Positions 12,016-24,400 of a stretch of 64,000 bases of DNA are shown piece by piece. The notes under the pieces are model-generated. The model was given only the letters and a program-made list of their open reading frames with translations. It did not search any database and was not told where the DNA came from. Numbering within the stretch: position 1 is the stretch's first letter; the number at the start of each line of letters is the position of its first letter. Origin of the DNA: Felis catus. Lineage: Eukaryota. The DNA lies in the NCBI RefSeq assembly GCF_018350175.1, contig NC_058368.1, positions 6,696,001 to 6,760,000 of the forward strand. Direction: 5' to 3'. A program made the translations under genes and the position numbers.

Positions 12016-12768
12016 ACGCTGTGCCTGGAGTTGTGTGGGAGGGGCCGTGCAGCTGGGAAAACAGAAACGCGGTCAGGGTGGCCAGCTGGGCTTGTGGGTC
12101 GCAGGAACGCAGGGTCAGGCTGGCATATGACGCCATCAGGGAGAGGTGAGAGCCATTCCTCGACCAACGTGGCCTTCATAATCAAAGCACGGACACAGTA
12201 CTTTTCAAAGCTTCGGCTTTCCCCAAAGCTGAACCAACAGCATAACTAGATACGAGCCCAGGCTCCCCAAGTCCTGAAGCTGGTGTCGGGGAGCGTGAGG
12301 TGGGAGCTGCGAGGACCCAGCAAGGCAAGGTAAACTTGTCCGAGGCCACGTTGCACGTGAGAGGCACCTGAGGGACCAGAAGATGCCTCTACGCGTCTCC
12401 CAACTCGGGACCTGTTCCTCGCACCAGATCAGCCTTTGCAAGACGCGAGCTGCGTCCTGCATCAGAACTATCTGGGTGTCTGGGTTCAAATGTAGATTCC
12501 AAGGACACCTTCATTTGCTGCTGACCAGGAATCTGCATTTTAAACAAATCCCCCTTGTTCTCAAGGAGATGGCCTATGCCCGATGCTATCTCTGAAGGTC
12601 TGTTTTTGCTACACAGATGGGGGGACAGAGGGGCTGGGACTCTTTTTTTTTTTTTTTTAGATGTCGCACAAGAAAAGAGACTGAGACACCACAGTGAGTT
12701 AAATCTACCTCCTAGGCGTCACTGCTGCTTCTGAACTTCCAGATGTGACTTTTAAAACTGCCTTTCCT

Positions 12769-12965
12769 GGGCCGCCTGGGTGGCTCAGGCGGCTAAGCGT
12801 CCGACTCTTGGTTTCGGCTCAGGTCATGATCTCACGTTTCATGAGTTTGAGCCCCGCATCGGGCTCTGCACCGTCAGGGCAGATTCTCTCTCTCGCTCTC
12901 TCTGCCCCTCCTCTGTCTCTCAAAATCAATAAAAAATAAAAGTTTAAAAATATCAATAAAAAAGT
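12769..12965 (+). mobile_element. Can-SINE (older type)
   Basis: SINE head with CTCTTGGTTTCGGCTCAGG, CT segment, A tail. Confidence 0.92.
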
Positions 12966-15490
12966 AAATAAGACCCACCTCTCCTGTTTTACTTTTTTCC
13001 CCCAAATCCTTTTCCCTGTGTCTTTTCCCCTCTCTCTCCAGGCCTAACCCCATCCAGTCCAGATTGTTCAGTGCCTGTGACAAGCCCCCACTCCCCTTGA
13101 GAAGCATCTGCAAAACTTGGGTGTGCTTTTGTCCTTCCAAATGCAAGTTGGAAGATGGAATCTGGCCAGAGCCCGGGCCCGGAGCTGGGGAGGGGGTGAG
13201 CTCTTCAGCCTGGACCCGGGAGCAAAAGCCTGAGCCAGAGGTGGCTTGAGGCATTTCATGGAGCAACGGTCTGGATCACCATGCGTAGTTGGGGGCACAT
13301 GGCAGAATCCCTGACTAATGGTGGAAATACCACCACTACCACTCAATACTCCGCGAGTTTACAAATTTGAGGAAGGGGCGTAGCTATAATAAATTAGGCC
13401 CGCGCGACATTCTCACGTTCAGGGGAGTTAGAGAGCAAATGCGCTTAGAAGAGCGGTTGAATGATGAGACCCTGCCCTGAAGGAAGGCAGACTTATGGGC
13501 GCGGAGGGATGAAGGTAAGCAGATCTATCTTGACAAGTGTTCTCGGGATCTGCTGGACAACCTTCCAGAACAACGCGGATGACAAAGTAGCCCCCCTTCA
13601 TGTGTCGCCGGGGCCAACCATAATGAATTCAACAGCTGTCATGAATTGCCTGGATGTGTGCCTACCATTGCCAGGATAGACAGAGGTCTCAGGGCCCACC
13701 CACGTGACCCGACACCAATGGGGCAGCAAGGATCAGAAGGGCCGGGGAAGTTAGGGGGAAGGTGAGTAGCATGGGTATTGCTGGAAAATCAGAGAAACTT
13801 TTGACTCGGGAAAGAACTCTTCCCTCTGTTTCCAAACAAAAAAAAAAAAAAAAGAAAGAAAGAAAGAAAGAATTTTCTAGTGTTAAAAGAAGTATCCCAT
13901 TTCCAGTAATAATGACTAGAGATCAAAAGAACATCCTCAAAGATTGTCAAGGCAATTATAGCAGAATGTCAACAATGGCTGGGAATCAAGTCGAGACAAT
14001 TTCTCTACCTGAAAATATCAATGTTCTAGCGATGATTTCTTTGGCCATAAATTATTTTCGTGCACCCGGCTTTTCCTCTTTTCCGTTGTACGTATTTTAG
14101 AGACAGAGTCGCTCGGACGGGCGCAGATCGGAGCGCTCGGATAACTTCAATCTTTAAAACATACGTTTTTTTGTCCCACCCCCAAAATAACATATACATT
14201 TTTTTTTTAATTCTAAAATTGTTCAAGAGAATTAGTAGTTGGCTTTCAGGGGCAGGAATGGCTTGGGAGGTCCGGATGGCTCTACAAATGGTGCGGAGGA
14301 CTCCAGGCAAGGGAAGAAAACGGCGTCAGATCAAGCCCATGTTGTTTGCCCGTGTGCATGGAGGCAAGAAGTCAACTCGGGATTCCGCCCTATCTTATCC
14401 ACCCAATCTCATGAGGTGGTAAATCTGTCCTTTGATCTTGTCAACAATGTGGAAAGTTGGAGACAGCTGCCACCACCCCTCGTCAGCAGGGCCTCACCAT
14501 TCCCTCATAAAACATTTATGAAACCTGTAATAAACGGGTCTGATAAGGAAGAGGGCTCAAGATTTCAAAAGTCAGCAGCTCCACTGAAAATGCCCTCTCT
14601 ACCTCCAATGTTCCTTTATTTGAAGAGCAAACACAAACTATCAATTCCCACTGGCTGTAAAGTTTCTGAGTAAAGAGTTTCACCAAACCCTGAGATTAGC
14701 AGAATGTGTTTGGAGTCTTACCCATATTCAGAAACCACCTCCCTTCCCCTGCCCAAAATTCACTGCACTGATATGCGTGGGCACAGAGGGCTCGGGCAAG
14801 ACAAAGGCCTGGGCCGGAGGGATAATAAAAGCCCAGTCACGGAGAAATAGAGAGTCATTTGATGCAACAAAGTAAACTCATAGTCTATAATTGAGTTTAG
14901 AAAAAGGAGAGGAAGGAGTAGCGTTTTAGTAGCACATCATAAAATATGACTTTGGAAATATTTATTTTAACCTCTGTTTTATTTTCCGGGGAAATTAATT
15001 GAGCTCTCTGAGTTTAGCAGAAGTAGACAGAGTCCTAACTCTTCCCCTACTCTCCGCGAATTTTCTTCGTTGACTTTCTTGGGCAAGTGTCAGATGAGTT
15101 GAGCTGCTTAGGCCAGAGGCCTTCAAAGAATCAAGAAATAAAGAAAGCCACGAGAAAGAGAGGGAAATACGCTACACGTGGAGGAAACTCTTCAGGGGAA
15201 CACGATTTGCTTCGGGGCCGGGAGTGTTGTTTGACCCATAGGACAGGAGGGGGAAATGTATTTGTTGGATGAGGGACAGGTGAATGAAAGAAAGACTGAG
15301 CCATGGGACTGACTTTCGAGGAGAGGTAAACAGCACACTTGAGTGCAGAGAGAGAGAGAGACAGAGAGCAAGAGAGGCGGAAGCCCGCATACCACTGGAC
15401 ACATTTGTCTACCTTGTACCTTGCATTCAAGGTGAAACAGGTGACAGCACAAGGATATTTGAATTGATCAGATTTAAAAAACAATGTCCA

Positions 15491-15700
15491 GGGGCACCTG
15501 AGTAGCTCGGTCGGTTAAGCATCCAACTCTTGGTTTTGGCTCAGGTCATGATCTCATGGTTCGTGAGTTCCAGCCCCGTGTCAGGCTCTGTGCCGACAGT
15601 GGGGAGCCTGCTTGGGATTCTCTCTCTCTCTCTCTCTGTCTCTCTGTCTCTCTCTCCCTATCTCAAAAACAAATAAATCAATATCTTAAAAGAAAAAAAT
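15491..15700 (+). mobile_element. Can-SINE (older type)
   Basis: SINE head, (CT)n, AATAAA tail. Confidence 0.92.
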
Positions 15701-17089
15701 TTCCGGGTCTTTCTGTTTTTCTCCCCCGTGGACCATGATGAAGTGACGAGAAAGGAGAAGGCGGGCCCTCTGGGGGGCCTCCTGGACGAACCGCGCCGGG
15801 CTGAACAGCGCCTCAAAGAGAAGCATAGATCCCCGAGCTGGGAGAGAGAGACTTCCCCTTGGGCCCACCTCCTCAGCAGCCACCTGCTGGGAAGCTCGGC
15901 TCATTCTCCACGCTCGCTTCGTGGCTTAACGTAAAGTAAATTCTTACACAACCTTACACACGGGCCCTGGAGTGGTGTGAGTGTTCTGTGTGTCCTCTAC
16001 GTCGATTCCATGACACTTTCCTGTGGTCGGGAGGGTGGAGGTCACCTTGACCCAACCTTGTCAAGCCCCTGCCCCATCTCCGGGCACCTGGAGCTAATGA
16101 GAACGGCAGTCCAGGGCGTAGTGCTCAAGGATTCAGACCTAGAGGCCCTCTCACCCCCAGGATCAGTGTCGGTGCCTATTTAAGCCGTCCGGAACAACAG
16201 CCAGCAGCTGGGCTCCAGGGGCAGCTTCCGTATTCCGGTCACTGGCGGGGAGGGTACCTGGGCCGGCGGAAGAAATAGAGACGAGGCTCGGCTGTAGCTG
16301 AGGACCAACGATACGCAGCCGGCAGCGTCCGAAACAGCCCAGCGTGGCAGTCATCACCGCCGGTCCACTGTGGTCTGGCTAACGCTCACCGAGGTAGGCA
16401 GAAACGAACCGATCATCCTACCGTTCTGTTCAGGTTCAGATCTGAAGGGTCCCCAGATGCTTCCGGAACAAGGGACCAGAGCTGGATTTTCGCGGAGAAT
16501 TCTGCCCGAGTGAGCAGCGGTCTTTCACGAGGCCCCAGCAGACGTGTCCTCCCGTCTGCTGCTGTCTCCGGGCCCGAGAACTCCAGCGCCGTGAGCCACC
16601 ACCTCGGGGAGGAGAGGGGACTGGCCTCTCAGGGAGGGCTGTGTCGGGGAGAGGGGTAAGGAGGAGGCCGCCCCGCAGAACAGGGGCGCAGGGGCCCGCA
16701 GGACAGGGGGCGGCCCCAGCACTTTCCGCGAGTCCAGAGGCAGGGAAGCGCGATGGCGAAGGGCACGTTCTCTGTCACCTGCCCGCGCTCCCTGGCTGGC
16801 TCCCACACCGACTACCCTTGTGACCCGGAGCGTCAAACCCTGCGCGGTTAGCCATCATCGTCGTCATTTGGCCGGTACACTTGCTTCCTGGTGCTCAAAA
16901 TACATAGCTTCTGATCTGTATACACTTTTCACGCCCACAAAACACTTCGTGTGAAGCTGGGTTTTGCCCTGGAGGCTGGCATGTGATGCTCCTCCTGCCG
17001 ATTCTCATCCACTCGTACGTCTCCCGCCTCGATGCCTCAAAATTGCAACTCTCTTTCTTACGGTGTTGCCCATTTAATGGTCACAAAAA

Positions 17090-17245
17090 ACACATCAAGT
17101 GAGGGTACTTCCCCTCCATTTTACAGGTGGGGCAACAGAGGCCTAGCAATGTCTAGGGTTCCAGAGCATGGCTGGCCGGGGCTAGGAGCCAGGGATGGGG
17201 AACCAGGGTGTGAATCTTGTGTCCGAGGCTCCCAGCCCTGACCCT
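17090..17245 (-). mobile_element. MIR relic
   Basis: CTCCATTTTACAGGTGGGGCAACAGAGGC core. Confidence 0.6.
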
Positions 17246-17688
17246 GCTTGAATAGGACTGAGTGAGATGCACTGAGAAGGGCCGCACGATGGGAGGTCAG
17301 AGGCAGGGGCCGTGATGAGAGTAAGTAGATGCTGTTACAACGGGTTAGGCCGGGGCTGTCCTGGGAAAACCAGAACGCAGGGATGCCTCAGTTAGGGTAA
17401 CAAAGACCCCAGCCTGAGAATCCCAGGCCAAGGCCAAGGTGGGCAAAGCTGCCATGAGGTTATGGCATGTTCCTCTGTGTGGGTGAGCTGGGGACACGGA
17501 AGGGCTGCTGCCATTGACCCCCTGTGGTTTCCCGTCTTCAACCAAATACCCTACTCTGGGGCTCATTACCCAGCCCCAGTGTGTCACCCAAGGATCCCAG
17601 CACCCCCTGTCTTCCTTCCACACCCGTGTGGGAGTCCCCCATGCTGGCAAATGTTGCACCAAATGGCTTAAAAGTTGGGATGTTGGTA

Positions 17689-17905
17689 GGGTGCCTGGGT
17701 GGCTCGGTTGGTTAAGCATCACCTTTGGCTCAGGTCACGATCTTGTGCTCCGTGAGTTCAAACCCCACATCGGGCTCTGTGCTGACGGCTCGGAGCCTGG
17801 AGCCTGCTTCGGATGCTGTGCCTCCCTCTCTCTCTGCCCCTCCCGCTCTCTCGCTCTCTCGCTCTCTCTCTCTCAAACATAAATTAGCATAAAAAAATTT
17901 TTTTT
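17689..17905 (+). mobile_element. Can-SINE
   Basis: Degenerate TSD beginning AAAGTTGGGA on both sides. Confidence 0.94.
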
Positions 17906-17934
17906 AAAGTTGGGACACTGGGTATTTGTGGAGT

Positions 17935-18328
17935 GGAAAGGTAAAAGCAACCTAAATGTCCCCTGGCAGATAAATGGGTAAACAAATGGGTAAGCCACAC
18001 AGTGGAATATTCTTCAGCCTGAAAAACAGAGGACACTTTGAAACAGGCTACAGCACGGAGGAGCTGTAAGAAAAATAAGCCCGTCACGAAAAGACAAATA
18101 CTGTGCGGTTCCACTGATGCGAGGTCCCTACGGAAGTCAGATCCATAGAGACAGAAGGGAGGGTGGTGGCTGCCCGGGGGCGGTGGGCAGGGGTTTTGCC
18201 AAACGAAGAGTCCTGGAAATGGGTTGCACAACAGTATGGATGTCCTTCACCCTACTGGCCTGTATGCTTAAAAACGGATAGGCTGGGAAAGGCTATGTTA
18301 GGTGTGGTGTATCACAATTAAAAAAAAG
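17935..18328 (+). mobile_element. L1MB-like 3' end
   Basis: GCAACCTAAATGTCC, AAAAGACAAATACTGTG and terminal TATCACAATTAAAAAAAA. Confidence 0.82.
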
Positions 18329-18639
18329 TTTGAGGGTTGGGTGCCCGCACCCTCAGACACGGCAGGCTGCCATCCCCCACGTGCGGGGAGGAAGCTCAGT
18401 GTGCTCCCTCCCCCCCCACACCCCTCCGCCAGGCTGTGCCCTGAGGGGTTGCCCTGGCCTCCCCGCAACAGCTCAGGGGCAGGTGCAGGGCTGTGTCTGC
18501 CCAGAGGAAGGGCACCCTTCCCTAGTTTGGACAAAGATGCCATTGGTTCCCCCGACCCCGTGCCCAGCGGCTGTGTCTGCCCAGAGGGGTGCCTTCCCCC
18601 AATCCCACGGGCTCCGCGTGGGGTCAGGGGTGCCCTGCG

Positions 18640-18765
18640 TGTCTATTTCTCCCCTCACCTTGCTGGGAATCGCCCAGAGCGGGGACCATGCTTACTTTCC
18701 TTCCTATTCCCAGCTGCTCGCTCGGGGCCCTGCACACAGTCAGTGCTTAATAAATACTTGCGGAA
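18640..18765 (+). mobile_element. L2 3' end relic
   Basis: GCACACAGTCAGTGCTTAATAAATACTTG matches the L2 terminus. Confidence 0.65.
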
Positions 18766-20217
18766 AGGTGGAGAGAAGGAAGGCAGGGGAAGAAGGAGAG
18801 AGAGGGAAGTGGAGGAACGTGGATGTGTCTCAATGTCTAGTTTATGTGCATCTATAGGGCCCGAGAACCAAGGGGGTTCTTCTGGGGTCTCCGAACTTGC
18901 CGTGGATTACTGGGGTTTTATTTTATTGCTTAATGTGCCCTCCCTCATCTCACAACCCAGGATTCCGAGATCCGTGGCGGGCCGGAGGGGGATTCCACTT
19001 GCCCGGGACACTTCAGAGTCATGCTCTGACTGCACTGGGACGCAGCTGCCCCCATGGTCAGCGTTCACGACAAACGTCCAAGCGGCCGCAAGACCCTTGT
19101 CACCCTACTCCCACCGGGGCCCTTAGAGATGGCTATTCCTCCCTTGCTTCCCAACGGCTAGTGCAAAAAACTCAAAAGGCCCATCTCCGCGGAGATGATG
19201 CGCATTTCTCCTTCCCTCCTGCCTCCCACCCCTGCATCTCCTCCTCTCTCCCCTCCTGGGCCTCCCACATCTCTACAGCCCACCCTTGGTGGGCCCCATT
19301 ATCAGCAGAAACTGTTCCCAGGCGATAAAGCAGCTCAGGTCAGGCAGAGGGGAGCTTTGTGGACCTGCTGAGGCGAGGGGATTTTCCTAGCTCGGTCACC
19401 CTGCTGTTTGCCCACCTGTCACCTCAGCTCTGTGACAAGGCTGACATGAAAGGGGGGCGGAGGGCGCATTTTTGCCAGGAGAGGTAGTAGGCTGCTGGCT
19501 ATAAACACGCCCATTCAGTTTTAGATTGCAGCCCAGGGCTGGCCACAGGGCCCAGTCCCCGGTTAATTCGTAACCTGTGAGCACCACTCTTGAGGCAGGT
19601 GCAGAACCTTGGTTTCGCCCCGGATCTTTTCTTCCCACTCCCCCACATGGGGCCAAAAGTGAAGTCTTGGAGAGCGCCCCCGGGCCAGCCGCTGTGGCCC
19701 CTGGCCTGCCCCGGAAGGGTCTGCTCCCTCAGGCCTTGGTTCTCCAGCTGTGGCTGGGAGCGGTCCCCGGGCACGGGTATGGCTCAGGGCCCGTCCTCTG
19801 ACTCTGCAGGAGGACGGGGCATCAGGATCGAGCCTGGTGGCTCCGCGCTGCAGAAAAGAAAGGGCACCTTGAAGATTAAGGGGCGGTGGCGGAGAGCTGA
19901 GCCCCATCAGCTCATCGGCAGCTCCACGCACAGCCCCAGACATACTTCCTGGGGGAAAGGGGAGACGCCGGTTACCAGGGCAAACGGATCACACGGCTGC
20001 AAATCCAACTTTCGGAGTCTGTTTTCTTAGATACACAAAGAGTGAGAAGCCAAAGAAAGGAAAGCCAGGCAGATGTCTGGAAGCCAAGCGCGGCGTGCTG
20101 GGGTTGGGGTGCAGGCCATGAGAGCCACAGGGGAGGGCAGAGGGCTCTCTGATGCAATCCAGGGAGACCAGGTGCCAAGGGCTCCTCCTGGAGCGCCCAC
20201 CACCCACCCAGAGGCTG

Positions 20218-20236
20218 TGACCAGCAGGGGGCAGCA
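20218..20236 (+). promoter_or_regulatory. Candidate CTCF site (forward)
   Basis: TGACCAGCAGGGGGCAGC, full core match. Confidence 0.55.
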
Positions 20237-20974
20237 GAGAGCCCAGGGGCAGTAGGAGGCTAGGGGAGGGGGATGCTCCTGGCTTCTTTGGATAATTCCT
20301 GCCTGTCTTTCCTCGTGTCAATGGTCCACTTTCCCCTCCTTTTCCTCCTCTTCCTTGTTCCTTGTCGTCTGGTCGTCCTTTTAGGTTGTGCTGTCAGGGT
20401 GACAGCCAGACCCCCGAAAACCGTGTGCTTAGTCATCACAGCTGGGAAAACTGTCTCCCTAGAGAAGACCTCACTTGACATGGGCTCACCGAGAGCCTTT
20501 CTGAGAGCCCTGGGGGGGCCACGATCCCCGTAGACCACAGGCTCCTCACCTCAGGGCGACCAGCCAGGCACAGGATGGCTGGAACGGCCCCGTTGGCGTG
20601 AAAGAGCCCCACAGGCCGTCGTGATGAGCATCCTGCTGTCTACCGCCTGCCCCTTGGCTCCCAACAATCAAGGAAGAAGAGAAAATCAATGCCTTTCCTG
20701 TCAATCATGCCAGTAAGTGCTGCCAGGGCTTTGGAATCACATGAAAAAGCGAGAAGTTGCTACATATAATGGCGTGGGCACAGAAGCCATCGGGGGTTGT
20801 GTGTATATCACAGAGCAGTCCTTGGGAACAGTTGAAGAAATCGGCCACTTAGATGACACGTAATTGGTTGAAATGACAGGTTCCTAAAGGGCACCAGGTC
20901 CAGAGTGGACTTGGCTTGCGGGGCGGGGGGGGGGGGTGAAGGGTAGGGAGGGGGGTTTCCAGGAAACTGCGTCT

Positions 20975-21450
20975 TTGAAATATCACATGCACCCTGAAAA
21001 ACTCATGAATCACAAGATTAATTCTCACCACGTGAACCTGCCCGTGTACCCTGTACCCAGACTACAGGACGGAGCGTGGCCAGCTTCCCAGAAGTCCCTA
21101 GTGCCTGTTCCACTCATTCCCTCCCAAGGGGACCAAATACCACACGAGCTTTGCCTGCTGTTCAGTTTCGTCCACACGGCGCGTTCTCTTTTGTGCCTGC
21201 CCTCTCTCGTTCAACGTAACGCGTGCACGGTTCATCCGTGCGGTTGTATGTGCTTGTCATTCATTCAGTCCCCAGTGCTGAATGGTATGCCACAGTGGGA
21301 CCGTATCACAGCCTATGCACCCATTCCGCTGGTAGTGGGCGCAAGGGTTGTTGATGGTTTGGGCCATTACAGGCAAGATGTCTGTGTCGAGACTCGTAGA
21401 GGGCGTATGTCCACACACCTGTTGGGTACACAGGGACGTGAGGAACGAAC
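20975..21450 (-). mobile_element. Old L1 (L1ME-like) 3' fragment
   Basis: Reverse L1ME-like 3' UTR features (..GGTTCATCCGTGCGGTTGTATGT..); highly diverged. Confidence 0.6.
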
Positions 21451-24400
21451 TAGATGCGGGGGAATCTATAAGGCTCTTTTTCTCTCTGAGTTAGGCAGGC
21501 CATGAGTATGAGAAGGGAATGTTTGTACTGGCCTTTAAGGGAAGTGGGTATAAAATCCAGGCAAGAGGGAACATGCTACTGAAATGCAGGCTGATGGCTC
21601 GTAAAGTCTCACGGCCCCCCACTGGAGCCACGCAGGTAGCTGGTTGGCAGAAATTGTGTGGGTGTGGGAGCCGGGGCAGCACTGACTGGGGAGGGAGAGA
21701 GGCACTGGTGTCACTGGGCTGGCAGTGGGTCACTTCCCCCGTGGGACCCCCCTCCCACGAAGCAGGAAGCACAAGGAGGTCTGAGAATGACACCAACGCC
21801 CCCAGCCCTCACCTCCTGGGTCCTGGAGGCTGCGGGCATTAGTCTGCACCTCCCTCTCTGGCCTCCCACCCCCTTCCCAGACAACAAACGATTTCCCATT
21901 ACACTCCGGCTGGCTGGCCCTTCTCCCCCAGCGCACGCCCTGGGCATCGCCGGTGAACCTGAGATCAGCCGATCCCGATGGAAAGCATGGTCCTTTAAGA
22001 CCCTTGCACCCCGTGCAAGTTCCCATAAAGGTCCTCCTCGTTCTTTGTAAATGAAAAAGGAGCTAGTCTCCGGTAGGAAGGGCGCGTCCCTATGAAGATC
22101 AGGAGTCCTCGGAGGGTCAGAGGAAGGGGTGGGAGAAGAAGGAGAAAGAGGCAATGCTGGGGGCACATCGCAGACACAACCCCCTCTGGCCACCTTAAGG
22201 CTCAGCGCGAACGACAGCAGCCAGGTTGCAGGGCGTCCGCGGAGGTGGCATTCTCACACCCGGTGACAGCTGCCTGCTGGCGAAGTCAAAGCAGCTAAGG
22301 CCACTCTATCATGTCTCGTGTGTGTGAGCCCCGCGCCCAGTTGGAACCCGTCCGCTGAGCCGTAGTGGGGCATAAACACGGGGACAGCTGAGGCCACGCG
22401 CTCTCTGTTCCCAGCAGCTCCCACAAGACCATCGCTGAGTCAGCCCATGCTCTGCAGGTGGCCCTCCTCTAGGCCACACAGTGTGGCAGCGAGGCCAGCG
22501 CGGGGAGGGAGGGAGGGATGCTGAAGGATAGACCGTTCTGGAACCTTAAAAGCCAAGTCACAGGGCAAGGTGGGTTCTGAGGAAAATTGGGGCCTGATCT
22601 CACAGTGGGGTGCGGGGTCCCCGTCCCCTGGCGCTGTCCTGAGAGATCGGTTAGTCACACGGGCTCCACCATCCCTCGGCGGAGTGTGCCCAGATCCCCC
22701 GTGGGAACACGGGCCGTACAGCGTCTCTCGGGGAGACGCTCCCCCCAGTTTCTTCCCCATCAGCTGCGACCGCATCAGAGTCCTTGGGCTGTGGAGTTTA
22801 TGGGTCACAGAGGGGCCTTCTCTGCACTCACACTGCTGTAAAGCACCAGGCACACTGTCGCAGGACCCAGACTGTCCCCGTAAACAGCCGAGGTGATGCC
22901 GAGGCAGGCTTGTACCCAGCACCCCCCTTTCTCCAGGGAGGAAAGAGACGTTATCTAGCTCATCAAAGTGGGGCCTCTCAGCAAGAGCTCAGTTATTATT
23001 TAATGAGATCCTTAGCACCGGCAACCACAGGATTAATAAAAATTGAGGGTAATAAAAGAAATCACAGAGGAGGCTAATGCTATCAACTATGTAATAAAAG
23101 GGAGGAAGCAGGCTTCATCTGCAGTGACAAATCCTCTTTGTCTCGCAAAGCTCAGAAACAAGGCCCGGGAGGAAGGGACCACTGGGCAGCTTTAGAAGAA
23201 CGCTGGTCCCAGCAACCACGACTCAGGGGTGCCCTTGGCTGTGCAGGAGCTGGAAGGGCTCCCTTCCGAGTGAACTTGGCGGCGGAAGAGGGAAGGGTCG
23301 TCTGGTCTCGTCCACGCTTAGACCTTCCACACCCCCCACCTGGAGGACGATGCTTCTGTCTCTCCAGCTGGGTTCGTGGTGCCGCAGCCAAGGCCCTGGG
23401 GGTGACTGTTCCACGTCACCACTGCCGTGACGCGGCCGGGGGCACTGGGGCCCGGAGTCCGGCGGCCGGCCTCTCTGTGATCAACCCTGGTCACCCTTCC
23501 TCTTATCTGCTCACAGCAGCCAGGAGGACACCCACTGCACCAAGTGGGGCCCCAGCATCCGGCTCCGTTTCGTCAGATGTCCCGGAGCCTCCCCGGCGGG
23601 GGCTGTCCGGCCTCTCCAGAGGTCTACACAGCGGGGCCCAAGAAGAATGACAACAGCCAGCCGGTGGAGTGTGGGACGAGAGGCGGGGGGGAGCTGGAGG
23701 GTACGCCCGGGACACTCTTGCCCAGATCGGCCCTGGTCCCCTCTCTCGCCCTCATGCAGCAAGCCTTCGGGCCAAAGAGGTGCCAATTCCCGAACCCGGT
23801 GGTGGCACCTCCGAGTCCTGCCTCCTGCACGTGGGAGGGGGTGGGGGTGGGGAGCAGCTCCTGAGGTGCATCCAGGAGGGAAAAGAGGTCGCTGTGAAAC
23901 ACTATTGTCCTCTCGCCCTACACGTTACTAACCCTAATCCTAACCTGACTTCCCGGTGACACAAGTGTGGCACTGAGGCCTGCTTGGAGCTCAGTGTGAC
24001 CCACTGTGGCCTCCCTGTATTGGGGAAAGAGCCCTGTGCCCCCTGGAGCCATAGAAAAAGAGGTTGGCGGGCAGGGGGGAGGGGTTTTCCCAGCCCCAGC
24101 CTGGATGAACTAACCTCAAGGGCAACCCAGTTAAGTCAGAGGAAGGAAAATGCGGGTTCGCGCAGACCCCAGATCTGGCAGGGTCTAGGAAGTGGCCAAT
24201 TAGGGGAGGAGGCGGGAAAACAGACATGGGGGGAGCCGGCTGGGGGGGGGTGGTGGGAGCGGGAGGCATGGGCGGCGGTGTCTCTGTGGCTAAGGGGCAC
24301 GCATGAGATGGTTGGATGGGACAGACGGCCAGAGAGGCATATTCACTCGGCACGTTTTGTTGAGAGTGGCCCCCCTGTAAAGCCTGGGTGGTTCTGGGGG

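Noticed and set aside
14640..14665. Possible third copy of the paired element (GGCTGTAAA)
   Set aside because: Only one short block matches; neighbouring blocks are absent.
18302..19126. Long ORFs in GC-rich DNA (also 10147-10809, 29479-30171, 61330-62058)
   Set aside because: Pro/Gly/Arg-rich, no recognisable domain, several overlap repeat relics; expected by chance at this GC content.
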